Shown: positions 1-9,280, numbered from the stretch's first letter. The stretch is DNA of 64,000 nt from an uncultured bacterium (GCA_964590255.1 CAZPYA010000006.1:7362-71361); one strand, 5' to 3'. Made by a program: numbers and translations. The notes: generated by a model not told the origin, from the letters alone.

Positions 1-990
1 ATCGGCTATGTGCCGGTGCGCGGCACCACGTGGATATTCCTGATCTCTACGCCGCTGAACGTCGTGCTCGCGCCACTATACCGCACGCTGGCGCTCTTTC
101 TGGTGCTCACATTTTTCGTGCTGGGTCTCACGCTGGCTTCGTCACTGTATTCCGCGTCTTACTTGAGCCGCCTCATCGCCTCGCTGGCGGCCAGCGCGCG
201 CGAGATCGGATCCGGCAATTTCGCTATCCGCGTGCATAGCCGCGGCGGGCTCGAGTTGGAAGCGCTGGCCACCTCCATCAACATGATGGCCGCCAACCTG
301 GCGGTCATCGACCGGCTGAAATCCGACCTGCTCAGCATGGTGTCGCACGAGTTGAAAACGCCGCTGACCACCATCGGCAGCGCGCTGGAGATGATTAACG
401 CCGGCGTCGTGCCGCTGGACGACCCGCGCGCCCGGGAACTGCTGACGATGGCCGAGCGCCAGTCAGAGCGGCTGCAGGACATCATCGAGAATCTGCTAAG
501 CGCCGCCCGCCAGCAGGCGGGGGGACTGGCGGTGGCGCCGCGGCCAAGTCCGTTGCGGCCTATCATCCTGGCGGCGGTGGCGCAGTTCGAGGCGGCGGCG
601 CTGCGCCGCGGCCTCACCCTCACCGTGGAGATGCCGGACGACCTGCAGGTGATGGCCGAGCCGCCGCGCGCGGCGCTGGCGCTGAACAACCTGCTGGACA
701 ACGCGGTGAAATTCACCGAGACGGGCAGCATCACCGTGCGCGTGACCCGCGAAGAGGATGAAGTGGTCATCGCCGTCATCGACACCGGCGCGGGCTTCAC
801 CCCGGAAGTGCGCTCCCACCTCTTCGAACGTTTCTACCAGGCCGAACCGCTGCTCACCCGCAAAGCCGGCGGCGCCGGCCTCGGGCTCTTCATCGTCAAA
901 GCCATCGCCGAGGCCCATGGCGGTCACGTCTTCGCCGAAAGCACCGGCCACAGCAGTACGTTCGGGTTCACGCTGCCGCTGGCGGAGTGA
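1..990 (+). CDS. Sensor histidine kinase, 5' end runs off the window (HAMP + HisKA + HATPase_c)
   Basis: Frame is open from base 1. H-box SHELKTPLTTI, N-box NLLDNAVKFT, G1 DTGAGF, G2 GGAGLGLFIVK. HAMP-like linker follows a TM helix. Confidence 0.85.
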   Translation: MGYVPVRGTTWIFLISTPLNVVLAPLYRTLALFLVLTFFVLGLTLASSLYSASYLSRLIASLAASAREIGSGNFAIRVHSRGGLELEALATSINMMAANLAVIDRLKSDLLSMVSHELKTPLTTIGSALEMINAGVVPLDDPRARELLTMAERQSERLQDIIENLLSAARQQAGGLAVAPRPSPLRPIILAAVAQFEAAALRRGLTLTVEMPDDLQVMAEPPRAALALNNLLDNAVKFTETGSITVRVTREEDEVVIAVIDTGAGFTPEVRSHLFERFYQAEPLLTRKAGGAGLGLFIVKAIAEAHGGHVFAESTGHSSTFGFTLPLAE

Positions 991-1037
991 GGCGATTGGC
1001 GAGCGAGGCGCAGGCGAGCCGCACCGGATACTGTAAT

Positions 1038-1166
1038 CGGCCCCCCTCCCCGGCCCTCCCCCCGTGCCCTTCGTTGCCCTACGTGCACAGGGGGAGGGAG
1101 TATCTTTCGCACACCCCCTCCCCCTGTTCGCGGAGAGAACGGGGGGAGGGCTGGGGAGGGGGGCCG
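1038..1166. repeat. Two inverted copies of the GC-rich hairpin repeat family
   Basis: 1038-1063 is the reverse complement of 1141-1166 (25/26). Each half carries its own CCCTCCCC..GGGGAGGG hairpin. Lies between convergent genes. Confidence 0.8.
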
Positions 1167-1234
1167 AGTGAAGGCCCCGTGGTCGATTCGCTACATGCGG
1201 ATGACCGTGGAACCCGTATAAAACGTGTCGATGG

Positions 1235-1366
1235 CCGCTACCGGTTCACTCGCTCGACCTCTCCCCCCGACCCCATCCCCTATGTGGGGAGGGGGAGTTG
1301 ATAGGGCAATTGGATGATGTGGTGGCGTTTGCGCATTGACGTCATGTGCCAATTTTCAGCATTGGG
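1235..1366 (+). mobile_element. Possible degraded copy of the ~150-bp MITE (see 4471-4622)
   Basis: Contains ..ACCGGTTCACTCGCTCGACCTCTCCCCCCGACCCCATCCCCTATGTGGGGAGGGGGAG.. and ends ..TTTTCAGCATTGGG, resembling the MITE core and right terminus. The left terminus is eroded. Confidence 0.3.
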
Positions 1367-1384
1367 CGTTTCACACTTCAGGGA

Positions 1385-2737
1385 TTACGCACTCGCCACC
1401 GCCTTACGGTCGGCTTCCGCTTCGGCTTCGGCCATGCGTTTGTCCAGCATTTTGACGAACGGCCAGTAGATGAGGGCGGCGAGGGCGATGTTGACCAGTG
1501 AAAGGACGGCGGCCTGCCAGGCGCCGCCGGTAGCGAGAAACGCGCCGATGGGTCCGGGGAGCGTCCACGGCACCACCAGCTTCGGCACCGGCACCCAGCC
1601 CAGCGTTGTCGAGACCACCGTGGTGAGCAGCGCGGCGGCCGGCGCGAGGATGAACGGAATGACCAGCGTGGGGTTGAGCATCACCGGCACCCCGAAGATA
1701 AGCGGCTCGTTGATATTGAAGAGCGAGGGGACGAGGCCGACCCTGGCGATGGCGCGCAGGCTTTGCGCGCGGGCGCGCAGCAGCAGGAAGGGCAACACCA
1801 GCGTGGCGCCGGAGCCGCCGGTCCAGATGAGGAACTGCAGCGTCTCGCGGGTATGCAGCAGCGCGGTGCCGTGGTCGGTATTCGAGGTGATATTGGTGAG
1901 CCAGACCGCCGCCACGGGCGCGAGGATGGCCACGGCATGCACGCCGAGCAGCCAGAGCACGGAGTCCAGCAGGATGACGACCAGCATTACCCCGAAGACG
2001 AGGATCGCGGAGGCGACGCTTTGATCGACTTTGCTGATATTCGCGATCGGCGCACCGATATAGGTATAGACCAGTCCGAAGAGATCGACGCGCGCCACAT
2101 GCGCCAGCGCCCAGGCGCCGCCGAGGATGATGAGGCCGGGAATGAGCGCGGAGAAGGAGCGGCTGACCGCCGGCGGCACGCCGGCCGGCATGGTGATCTC
2201 CAGCTTGTATTTGCGCGCCAGGCGCTGCACTTCCGGCACCAGCAGGCCGATGAGGAGCGCCACGAACAGCCCGCCGGAGCCCAGGTTGTTGATCTTCGCC
2301 GTCGTGCCTTCGCGGACGATTTCCAGCGGCAGAAAGAGGCCTTTCATATTGCCGGCAGCGGTGGTCAGCATGCCTGTTTGCACGCCGTTGAACAGCAGTA
2401 GCGCGGCAACCGCCAGCAATCCCGCGGACAGCGCGTCGATGTCGCGGCGTTTGGCGAGGCTGTGGGCGACGCCGAAGGCCACAAAGAGGGCGACGCACTT
2501 GATGAGGATGGCGACAGCGATTCGCAGTTGCATACCGGTGGGGCTGATCGACCAGGCATCCTGCGCGGCTGCCGAGGCCAGCGGTGGCTGCAGGATGAGC
2601 ATGAACACGCTGCCGATGAGCACCAGCGGCAGCGCCCCCACCACGCCGTCGCGAATGGCGTTGAGGTGCGGCTGCTGGCCGAGCTTGCCGGCGAGTTTCA
2701 TCAAGGGGGCTTCGAGGCGGGCGAGTAGTGATGACAT
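1385..2737 (-). CDS. PTS EIIC permease, lactose/cellobiose (type 3) family; no EIIA/EIIB nearby
   Basis: 450 aa polytopic membrane protein. The N-terminus ..KLGQQPHLNAIRDGVVGALPLVLIGSVF.. is typical of CelB/ChbC-type EIIC. Confidence 0.8.
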   Translation of the reverse strand: MSSLLARLEAPLMKLAGKLGQQPHLNAIRDGVVGALPLVLIGSVFMLILQPPLASAAAQDAWSISPTGMQLRIAVAILIKCVALFVAFGVAHSLAKRRDIDALSAGLLAVAALLLFNGVQTGMLTTAAGNMKGLFLPLEIVREGTTAKINNLGSGGLFVALLIGLLVPEVQRLARKYKLEITMPAGVPPAVSRSFSALIPGLIILGGAWALAHVARVDLFGLVYTYIGAPIANISKVDQSVASAILVFGVMLVVILLDSVLWLLGVHAVAILAPVAAVWLTNITSNTDHGTALLHTRETLQFLIWTGGSGATLVLPFLLLRARAQSLRAIARVGLVPSLFNINEPLIFGVPVMLNPTLVIPFILAPAAALLTTVVSTTLGWVPVPKLVVPWTLPGPIGAFLATGGAWQAAVLSLVNIALAALIYWPFVKMLDKRMAEAEAEADRKAVASA

Positions 2738-2768
2738 GATGATTGCTCCAGAGCGTGCATACAGCCGT

Positions 2769-2824
2769 CATACACCCCGTCGAGGGGTGTATGATGGGAG
2801 TGCGGATTACAAATCCGCGCTCCC
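2769..2824 (-). promoter_or_regulatory. Two adjacent hairpins in the leader of the PTS EIIC gene
   Basis: CATACACCCC-gtcga-GGGGTGTATG (2769-2793) and GGGAGTGCGGAT-tacaa-ATCCGCGCTCCC (2796-2824). They sit 32-90 nt upstream of the start at 2737. No U-tract on either strand. Confidence 0.35.
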
Positions 2825-2864
2825 AGGGGTTTGCCATATATTACCCGGAAATCGGCATTTGTCA

Positions 2865-3491
2865 CTACATGCCCACGGTGCGGTAAACCATGTAGGCGCC
2901 GACTTCGCGGAGGATGAATTTGGCGCGCACGGACAGGCCGCGGATGCGGGTGTCGGGGGTGGGGCTGAAGACGGTAGCCATGCGCAGGTCTTGCGCCATG
3001 CGGGTGAGGCGGAAGCCGTGGTCGGGATCGCTGACGAGGATGGCGCGGCGGAGGCCGCGCTGGCGCATGATCTCGGCGCAGGTCTGCAGGCTCTGCCAGG
3101 TGGTGCGCCCCTGGTCTTCCCGCAGGATGGCGTCGTCCGGCACGCCGTGTTGCATGGCATACCTTCGACCCGTCTCCGCCTCGGTGTAGCGGTCGCCCGG
3201 GCGGCAGCCGCCGGTGAAGAGGAGATACGGCGCGGCGCCGTGCCGGTACAGCGCGATACCGTGGTCGAGTCGCGCGCGCAGCACGGGATTGGGCCGGCCG
3301 TCGGCCTGCGAGGCGCCGAGGACGATGATGACATCGGCCGGCGCGGGGTGCGGCTGGCCGCCGAAACGCGCCACGCGCACCAGCAGCGAGACGACGTAGA
3401 GCGCCCCGAGCACCAGCAACGCCAGCAGCACGCGCCAGCCATGCAGCTTCCGCTTCTTCGTCTTTGATGTCTGCCGCGTCGTCTGGTTCAT
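2865..3491 (-). CDS. DUF218 / YdcF-ElyC family membrane-anchored protein
   Basis: N-terminal TM helix, then VIIVLGASQADGRPNPVLRARLDHGIALY..LLFTGG..SDPDHGFR, the DUF218 pattern. Confidence 0.75.
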   Translation of the reverse strand: MNQTTRQTSKTKKRKLHGWRVLLALLVLGALYVVSLLVRVARFGGQPHPAPADVIIVLGASQADGRPNPVLRARLDHGIALYRHGAAPYLLFTGGCRPGDRYTEAETGRRYAMQHGVPDDAILREDQGRTTWQSLQTCAEIMRQRGLRRAILVSDPDHGFRLTRMAQDLRMATVFSPTPDTRIRGLSVRAKFILREVGAYMVYRTVGM

Positions 3492-3545
3492 GGGATGCTA
3501 CCGGGCGGGATTATACCACAATCCGCGGGCGGATACGCGGGGGCA

Positions 3546-4208
3546 TCAGTCGATATCCGCCCCGGCGATGCCGCCTACGGTCCAGTTCGGGTCGCGGTCA
3601 CCCACGGCGGAGAGACGGAGTTGCTCCTGGCGCATGGCGGTGGCGTGGCCATCCACGAAGACGGCCAGGTGCTGGCCGGCGGGCTGCCACATGGTGCGGG
3701 CCGGCGCGTCGTGGTTGGAGGTCCACTCGTAAAGGAGTATCTTGCGGTCGGGATACGTCACGTCGCCCAGCGCCTGCGTCACCGTCGGTATGCCACAGGT
3801 GTGGTAGGCCTTCAGCGTGGCGGTAGGCATGCTGGCGACGCCGGCGGAGATATCCTCCGGCTTGTGAAAGAAGCTCTGCAGGTAAGCGTAGGAGGTGGAG
3901 TCGTACTTCACCCGCGCGCCAGAGTCGGCGGGGCACCAGTAGACCTTGCGGGCGCCCACGTAAGGATCGATGACCGGCCGCCAGTTACGCCCCATCCACA
4001 GCATGGTGTCGCCGGTATTCGGGAACTGCTCGGCGTGGTCGTTCACATACAGCATCATTGCCGCGTGCAGTTGGCGCAGGTTACTCAGGCAGGTGGCGCG
4101 CACCCCCGCCTTTCGTGCCTGCATCAGCGTCGGGAAGAGGATCGCCGACAGCAGCAGCATAATGGCAATGACCACCAGCAATTCGATTAACGTAAATCCA
4201 CGACGCAT
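3546..4208 (-). CDS. Type IV pilin-like protein (prepilin N-terminal methylation motif, DUF1559-style)
   Basis: ATG at 4208 is preceded by AGGAG (6-nt spacer). N-terminus [27 protein letters not shown]-terminal ..VFVDGHATAM. The ORF-track start at 4262 was judged too long. Confidence 0.85.
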   Translation of the reverse strand: MRRGFTLIELLVVIAIMLLLSAILFPTLMQARKAGVRATCLSNLRQLHAAMMLYVNDHAEQFPNTGDTMLWMGRNWRPVIDPYVGARKVYWCPADSGARVKYDSTSYAYLQSFFHKPEDISAGVASMPTATLKAYHTCGIPTVTQALGDVTYPDRKILLYEWTSNHDAPARTMWQPAGQHLAVFVDGHATAMRQEQLRLSAVGDRDPNWTVGGIAGADID

Positions 4209-4233
4209 AGCTGCTCCTGTTCTGTAGCGGCCC

Positions 4234-4262
4234 ATTGTACCGAAGCGGCACTTATCGGTCAA
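4234..4262 (-). promoter_or_regulatory. Sigma70-type promoter for the pilin-like gene
   Basis: Minus strand reads TTGACC-17 nt-TACAAT, about 25 nt upstream of the ATG at 4208. Confidence 0.5.
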
Positions 4263-4317
4263 TAAGGAGCGAAATGGTCGGAATTAATCGCTGATGTCAC
4301 CGCCGCCAAAGGCGAGA

Positions 4318-4400
4318 AATGGGTACAGCAACGCATTTCATGTTTTCCTGTCATCGATTCGCTGATGGATACTCGGGAAATTCGTTACAGTCCCCATTTC
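4318..4400 (+). repeat. 83-nt two-copy element (copy 1); second copy at 22743-22825
   Basis: 22-nt left end is identical, 27-nt right end matches 25/27, and the 34-nt core is divergent but of equal length. The ends are imperfect inverted repeats of each other. Confidence 0.75.
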
Positions 4401-4470
4401 GGCTTACCGATCGATATGGAAAGATATGCCCGGTCGTAAACGGCCGGGCTACTGAACGACGCCCGGAAGG

Positions 4471-4622
4471 GCAATACCGTTCAAATACGGGCTCTCGACC
4501 GCCACGCGCCACCTCTCCCCCAGCCCCCTCCCCTACATGGGGAGGGGAGAGTCATGAGGAAATGTGGCGGCAGGGAGAGGCGGGTTCGCCGTATGCAGCA
4601 GGCTTACTTTGAACGGTATTGC
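4471..4622 (+). mobile_element. MITE-like element, copy 1 (152 bp)
   Basis: 17-18-bp perfect terminal inverted repeat (GGGCAATACCGTTCAAA / TTTGAACGGTATTGCCC). Flanked by a 9-bp direct repeat CCCGGAAGG / CCTGGAAGG. Homologous to 31061-31207 and 40111-40260. Confidence 0.8.
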
Positions 4623-4679
4623 CCTGGAAGGGGGCTTTTCCGACAGATTGGTGACACTGGTTCTCTGTTGCGTATTGGT

Positions 4680-4707
4680 CCCTCCCCCGCTTCGGGGAGG
4701 GGGTTTT
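4680..4707 (+). terminator. Terminator-like hairpin plus T-tract, plus-strand orientation
   Basis: CCCTCCCC-cgcttc-GGGGAGGG followed by GGTTTT. No annotated plus-strand gene lies upstream, so its role is unclear. Confidence 0.35.
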
Positions 4708-4735
4708 CGCGAGGGGATTCGGACGCTTTGGAACG

Positions 4736-7700
4736 CTATTTTTTCGCGGTGATCGGCACATGCACGACGGGGCTCCAGGCGCCGTCGGCGGTTTTGGCCT
4801 GGACGTGCAGGAAGCGCGTGCCGGCGGTGGGCTGCACGGTCATGGTGCGTTCGGTGGTCTCCGTTGTTGGCACGGTGAAGGGGTTGGCGTCCACTGCCAC
4901 GCGCCAGCGGTCAGTGGCGGCGTCCGGGCCGCTCCAGGAGAGCGTCACCGCGGTGGCGACCGGCGCCAGCAGCGCGACGTTATCGAACTGCGTCACGGTG
5001 AAGGCCGGGTTCTCGCCGAAGCCGTACCAGCGCACATCGGACACCGGGTGCCAGTCGGCGAAGACCAGGCTTTGCAGCTTCAGGTCAGTCGTCGGCTTGC
5101 CCGCCTCTTTCAGCGCGGCGATGATTGGATCGGCCAGGTTCAGCTCCAGGTGGCGCCATTTGCCATCGGCCAGCACCGTCGCGCGCCCGGCGCTCAGCAC
5201 GTTCGGCTCCTGCGCTTCCTTGGCGGTGAGCACGAACTCGAACCAGATGTCCTGCACCCGCGCGTAGAGGTTGATGCGCGTGTTCGGCGCCAGCTTGTAA
5301 TCCGCGTGCAGCACCGGCTGCGCGGCGAGGCTGGCGCCGCCCAGCGGCGCGCTGACGGACAGGTCGCCGGCCGGGTAGGAATTGATGACGTGCAGCACGG
5401 TGTTGACGCCGGTTTTCGCGTCGTCGACGCGCGCGCGGCCGATGAACACCGCGCCGGCGCTGGAGGGCGTCCGCCAGCCGGTAGCCGATGCCTCAAAGGT
5501 GGCTACCGGTACGGTGACGCCGTTCATCGCCACCGTCGGCTCGGTCAGCGGCGCCGGCTCGGGCGGGATGTGGTACGGCGTGAAGGCCTTCGGGCTGCCG
5601 GTGCTCATCCGCTCGGCGGACATGTTGGTACGGCCGATGAGCACGCCGTTGTCCAGCGTCCAGTATGCCACATAGCCGCCCGGCAGCGGATCGGGATCGG
5701 TGTAGGTGAAGGCGAGCTTGTTGTCGAGGAAGACCTTCAGCAGGCCGCCGCGCTTCTCGATGCGCGTAGCGAACCACTGGCGGTGGCCCGCGCCCTGCGG
5801 CGGCAGCAGATGGCCCTGCTCGGTGGAGGACGCCACCACGATGCCCCGGCGCAGCAGCATCGTCACGTTGCGGTTGTTCGGGCGGCCGGCGCGGATGACA
5901 CTGTACCCCGAGCTGATATCCTTCCCGTCGGTGCAGATGCTCATATTCATGTCGCGATACCGGCGATTATACTCCTCAGCCTGGTTATCGAACTGCATTT
6001 TGATACCCATGTAGACTTCCACGTTCTGGTCGCCATCCAAGCGGGTTTTGCACCAGACGTGGGGGGTGTGCCGGCCGAAACCGCCAAAGAAGTTCCACTG
6101 CGGCTGGCAACTGTAGCGCTGCATCACCAGCCAGATACCGTTGCCGACGGTCCAGCCGATGGGCGCCGTCTCGAACGTCTCCTGCATGCGGTCCGACTCC
6201 ACCTGGACGGCGGCGGCCGGCAGCGCGGCGTTGGTGACGGTGAAGCCCACCTGCTCCGCGTTCAGCGGCTTTTTGTCGCGGTAGGTGAAGAGGATCTGCT
6301 CGCTGATGATTTCCGGGTTGTCGCCCGGATCGGTATCGGGGTCCAGTTCCTGGACAACGAGCAGCAGGAAGGAACCATGGCGCTCGAAGATCAAACGGCC
6401 CTTTTTCGGCGTCTGATAACTATAGGTGCCCACCGTGTCGGCGCCGCGGAAGAGCGTCACCGAACCGGTGCCCGCCGTCGCCGGAGCATTACCCTGCAAG
6501 CGATAGCCGGCGTTGCCGTCATAGTTCGCGCTCAGGTGCAACATCTGCCCGCTGAAGGCGGCTTTCTCCAGCGGAATAGCTACGCGCAGATCGTGGTAGT
6601 AGCACCCCTTGTTCCAATACAGCCCGGGCACATCGGTCATCATCGGGCCGGCCGGGCCGGGATCGGATGCCGCGTTCGGATTCGCCTCGCTGGGCAGGCG
6701 CATCACGCGGCCGTGATTCACCGCCGGGTACCAGTCGGCCTCGGGCGTCGACCAGGTGGCCATCCAGCCATTCTTCTCGAAGCCTTTGTGCACGGTCATC
6801 CGCTGGCGGTTTTTCTCCAACTGAGTGATGGTAAACGGCCGGAAGGACGCGGCATTTTTCGCGGCGGAGACGCCGCAACGGCCCGCCACGCGGGTGGCGT
6901 CAAAGGCGTCCGCCACCCGCGTGCCGTCGCAGTAGACCGACACGTAGGGCCCGTCCGCCTCGATGCGCAGCGGCACCCACTCGCCCGTCTTCAGCGGCAG
7001 CGACAGGCTCGCCAGATCGGTTTTGATATTGCCGTTGACGGTGGTGTAGAGGTGTTGCGCCGACGGGGTGAGCACCCAGGCGTAGCCGTTGCCCTTCTCG
7101 GACTGGTGGAAGTAGACGGTGGCCGCGCCGCGGGCGGGCAGCATGACGCGCGTCTCCGCCACGTATTGGCCCCAGTCCATGCGGCCGCTCAACAGGCGCC
7201 CGCCGTTCTTCGGCGCCGCGATGCCGTCCGCGCTCATCGTCCAGCCGCCCGGGTTGTCCGCGGCGTATGGCGAGGTAAACAGGTCTTCCAGCGCGGTCCA
7301 GTCGCCCACCTTCACGTCGTCGAAGTAGATGGCGCTGTTGCCGCTCAGCGCGTCCTGCGCCTCGCTGGTCACCTTGCCGGTGTTCTCGTCGGTGGTGGCA
7401 TACATCCCCGCGGTTACGTCGTCCAGCGCCGGGCGCTTCGGGTTGGCGACGCCGTCGGCGTAGAGGCCGACGCGGCCTTCCGTCACGCCCGGATTCACCG
7501 CTTCGATGAGCTTCTCGCCATCCACCAGCACCTGCACGGTGCGCCAGCCCAGGTTGATGCGCAGGCGATACCACTGGCCGGGGTCGAAGCCGCGGCTGGT
7601 GGCGTCCAGCGTCACCGGCGCGCCGTTAATCATGGCGATCAACTCGCCGCGCGGGCCGGCGGCGGCGTCATTCGCGCGCCAGCGGAACAGCAGGTAATTT

Positions 7701-8545
7701 TTATTGTCCTGGTAGGCGGCGATGAGGCCCACGGCGCTCTGATACTCGGTTTTCACCGACGCCGCCACGAAGTAACGGTCCCAGGTGGGGTAGACGGAGT
7801 TCGGCTCGGGCACCACCCAGGAGGGGCCTACGCCGCGGTACAGGTACCAGAAGCCATTCGTGGCGTTGTTATAGTTCGGCTTGCCGGCCAGCCCGTCGCG
7901 GGTGTTGTTGGGCAGCGGGAAGAAGCTGTAGCGCCAGGGGTTCTGCATGCTGTCGGCTTTGGCCTTCGCCGGGTCGGCCAGCGGGAAATCCTTGCGGTAG
8001 AAGGCGACCTTCCACACCTGGTCTTCGGTGGTCAGGTCGCGGCCCTGGGTGAGCGCCGCTTCCGGGCGCATGAAGTCGTCGCCGAAGGTGCGGCGCTCCA
8101 CCGGGCGGTAGCGCGCGCCGCTGATCTTCATCTCGCCAGGCACGCCGCGGAAGGCGATCTCGCCGCCGGTGGCGGTGGCGGGCGCGGCGAAGAGCAGCCG
8201 GTGGTCCTGCAGCAGCGCGATGACGCCCTCGCGGCGCTTCAGCGTGTAGTGGGTGACGCCGTCCGCCGCCGGGCGCAGCGCCGCCGTGGCGATGGGCAGC
8301 ACCGTTTTACCGGCCAGCCGCATCCACAGTGCCTGGCCCTTCTCCAGCTTCAGGCTGTATTCGCTCTCCAGCGCCAGCACCAGCGGGCCGGTCGGCGCCT
8401 TCGCCGCGGTGACGGTCCATTCCAGGTCATAGCGGGCATCGAGCGCCTCGCCCTGTTTCGTGTCCGGCAGGTCGATAATCTCGACCGCCGCACTCGCCGG
8501 GATCGCGAGCGCCAGCGCGCAGCAGATCAGCAGCATCCAACGCAT
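4736..8545 (-). CDS. Very large secreted protein (1269 aa) with repeated jelly-roll/lectin-like segments; function unknown
   Basis: ATG at 8545 gives signal peptide MRWMLLICCALALAIPASA. Recurrent motifs such as IYFDDVKVGDW, LKVFLDNKLAFTYTD and FDNVALL suggest concanavalin/LamG-like domains. Confidence 0.8.
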   Translation of the reverse strand: MRWMLLICCALALAIPASAAVEIIDLPDTKQGEALDARYDLEWTVTAAKAPTGPLVLALESEYSLKLEKGQALWMRLAGKTVLPIATAALRPAADGVTHYTLKRREGVIALLQDHRLLFAAPATATGGEIAFRGVPGEMKISGARYRPVERRTFGDDFMRPEAALTQGRDLTTEDQVWKVAFYRKDFPLADPAKAKADSMQNPWRYSFFPLPNNTRDGLAGKPNYNNATNGFWYLYRGVGPSWVVPEPNSVYPTWDRYFVAASVKTEYQSAVGLIAAYQDNKNYLLFRWRANDAAAGPRGELIAMINGAPVTLDATSRGFDPGQWYRLRINLGWRTVQVLVDGEKLIEAVNPGVTEGRVGLYADGVANPKRPALDDVTAGMYATTDENTGKVTSEAQDALSGNSAIYFDDVKVGDWTALEDLFTSPYAADNPGGWTMSADGIAAPKNGGRLLSGRMDWGQYVAETRVMLPARGAATVYFHQSEKGNGYAWVLTPSAQHLYTTVNGNIKTDLASLSLPLKTGEWVPLRIEADGPYVSVYCDGTRVADAFDATRVAGRCGVSAAKNAASFRPFTITQLEKNRQRMTVHKGFEKNGWMATWSTPEADWYPAVNHGRVMRLPSEANPNAASDPGPAGPMMTDVPGLYWNKGCYYHDLRVAIPLEKAAFSGQMLHLSANYDGNAGYRLQGNAPATAGTGSVTLFRGADTVGTYSYQTPKKGRLIFERHGSFLLLVVQELDPDTDPGDNPEIISEQILFTYRDKKPLNAEQVGFTVTNAALPAAAVQVESDRMQETFETAPIGWTVGNGIWLVMQRYSCQPQWNFFGGFGRHTPHVWCKTRLDGDQNVEVYMGIKMQFDNQAEEYNRRYRDMNMSICTDGKDISSGYSVIRAGRPNNRNVTMLLRRGIVVASSTEQGHLLPPQGAGHRQWFATRIEKRGGLLKVFLDNKLAFTYTDPDPLPGGYVAYWTLDNGVLIGRTNMSAERMSTGSPKAFTPYHIPPEPAPLTEPTVAMNGVTVPVATFEASATGWRTPSSAGAVFIGRARVDDAKTGVNTVLHVINSYPAGDLSVSAPLGGASLAAQPVLHADYKLAPNTRINLYARVQDIWFEFVLTAKEAQEPNVLSAGRATVLADGKWRHLELNLADPIIAALKEAGKPTTDLKLQSLVFADWHPVSDVRWYGFGENPAFTVTQFDNVALLAPVATAVTLSWSGPDAATDRWRVAVDANPFTVPTTETTERTMTVQPTAGTRFLHVQAKTADGAWSPVVHVPITAKK

Positions 8546-8640
8546 GGAGTTCCCCTTATCCAATGGCGGAACACGGAGCATCTCCCCCGTGTTGATTCCG
8601 CACTATATACGCATTTGATCTCCTGTCGTAACAGGAGATC

Positions 8641-9237
8641 CTATTCCTTCGCCAGCGCCTTCTCGGTCGCCTTATAGATGCCGGCGGGCTGCAGGCCGGG
8701 ATCGGTGGTCAGCAGCACCTGGTCGAGCATGGTGCCGGTCTCGCGCGAGCCGATGTTGATGTCGACCACGCCCTTTTTCAGCATCAACGGGCGCGGCTTC
8801 GTCTGGTTACCGCTGTCCGACAGGCAGACCCAGTGCATCATGTTATACGTCGCGTCGTTGCCGATGGTCCACTCGCCGGAATCGTACCCCTCTACCTTCA
8901 CGAAGAAGGAATTGCCGCAGCCGGTGCTCCAGAAGGTGCGCGCCCACAGGTAATAGCGGCCGTTGGCGGGGACGTTCACATGATAGACCAGGTCCTCGCG
9001 CACCACCTTGTCGCCCGGTTCGCCCTTCGGCACCGACACCACCTTGTCGCCCGACACCTTGCCGGACGGATCCTCTTTCTTCTTCTTCACCGAGAAAACT
9101 TTGCCGGGCAGCTTCACCAGCGGGTCTTCTCCCTCCCACACAATCTTGGTGAATGGCGCGGCCGACAGCAGACTCAGGCCGAAGCCCAGCAGCGCGACGG
9201 CGATCCCGGCGACAAACACTATCGAACGACTCCACAT
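8641..9237 (-). CDS. Small secreted/anchored protein with a CBM-like beta-sandwich C-terminal domain; hypothetical
   Basis: AGGAGG SD. N-terminal TM/signal MWSRSIVFVAGIAVALLGFGL. C-terminus ..GRYYLWARTFWSTGCGNSFFVKVEG..MLDQVLLTTDP. Confidence 0.75.
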   Translation of the reverse strand: MWSRSIVFVAGIAVALLGFGLSLLSAAPFTKIVWEGEDPLVKLPGKVFSVKKKKEDPSGKVSGDKVVSVPKGEPGDKVVREDLVYHVNVPANGRYYLWARTFWSTGCGNSFFVKVEGYDSGEWTIGNDATYNMMHWVCLSDSGNQTKPRPLMLKKGVVDINIGSRETGTMLDQVLLTTDPGLQPAGIYKATEKALAKE

Positions 9238-9280
9238 GGTCAGTCCTCCTACCTAACTATTGACACAACCTGTCTGCATA

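Noticed and set aside
4319-4612. ORFs beginning MGTATHF.. at 4319 (+) and within 22621-22842 (-) share peptide ends, suggesting a small conserved protein.
   Set aside because: Identity is at the nucleotide level in two blocks with no synonymous variation. The middle has no amino-acid similarity. The downstream frames differ and run into repeats or the GH32 gene. They were interpreted as a non-coding repeat.
4760-8677. 1305-aa plus-strand ORF. Similar giants occur at 21266-23419 (+), 23396-25348 (-), 41078-43726 (-), 11489-13036 (+) and 25342-26286 (-).
   Set aside because: Each lies antisense to, and wholly inside, a gene that has a signal peptide, an SD and recognisable motifs. Their translations are Arg/Gly/Ala/His-rich low-complexity sequence, typical of stop-poor shadow frames in high-GC DNA.
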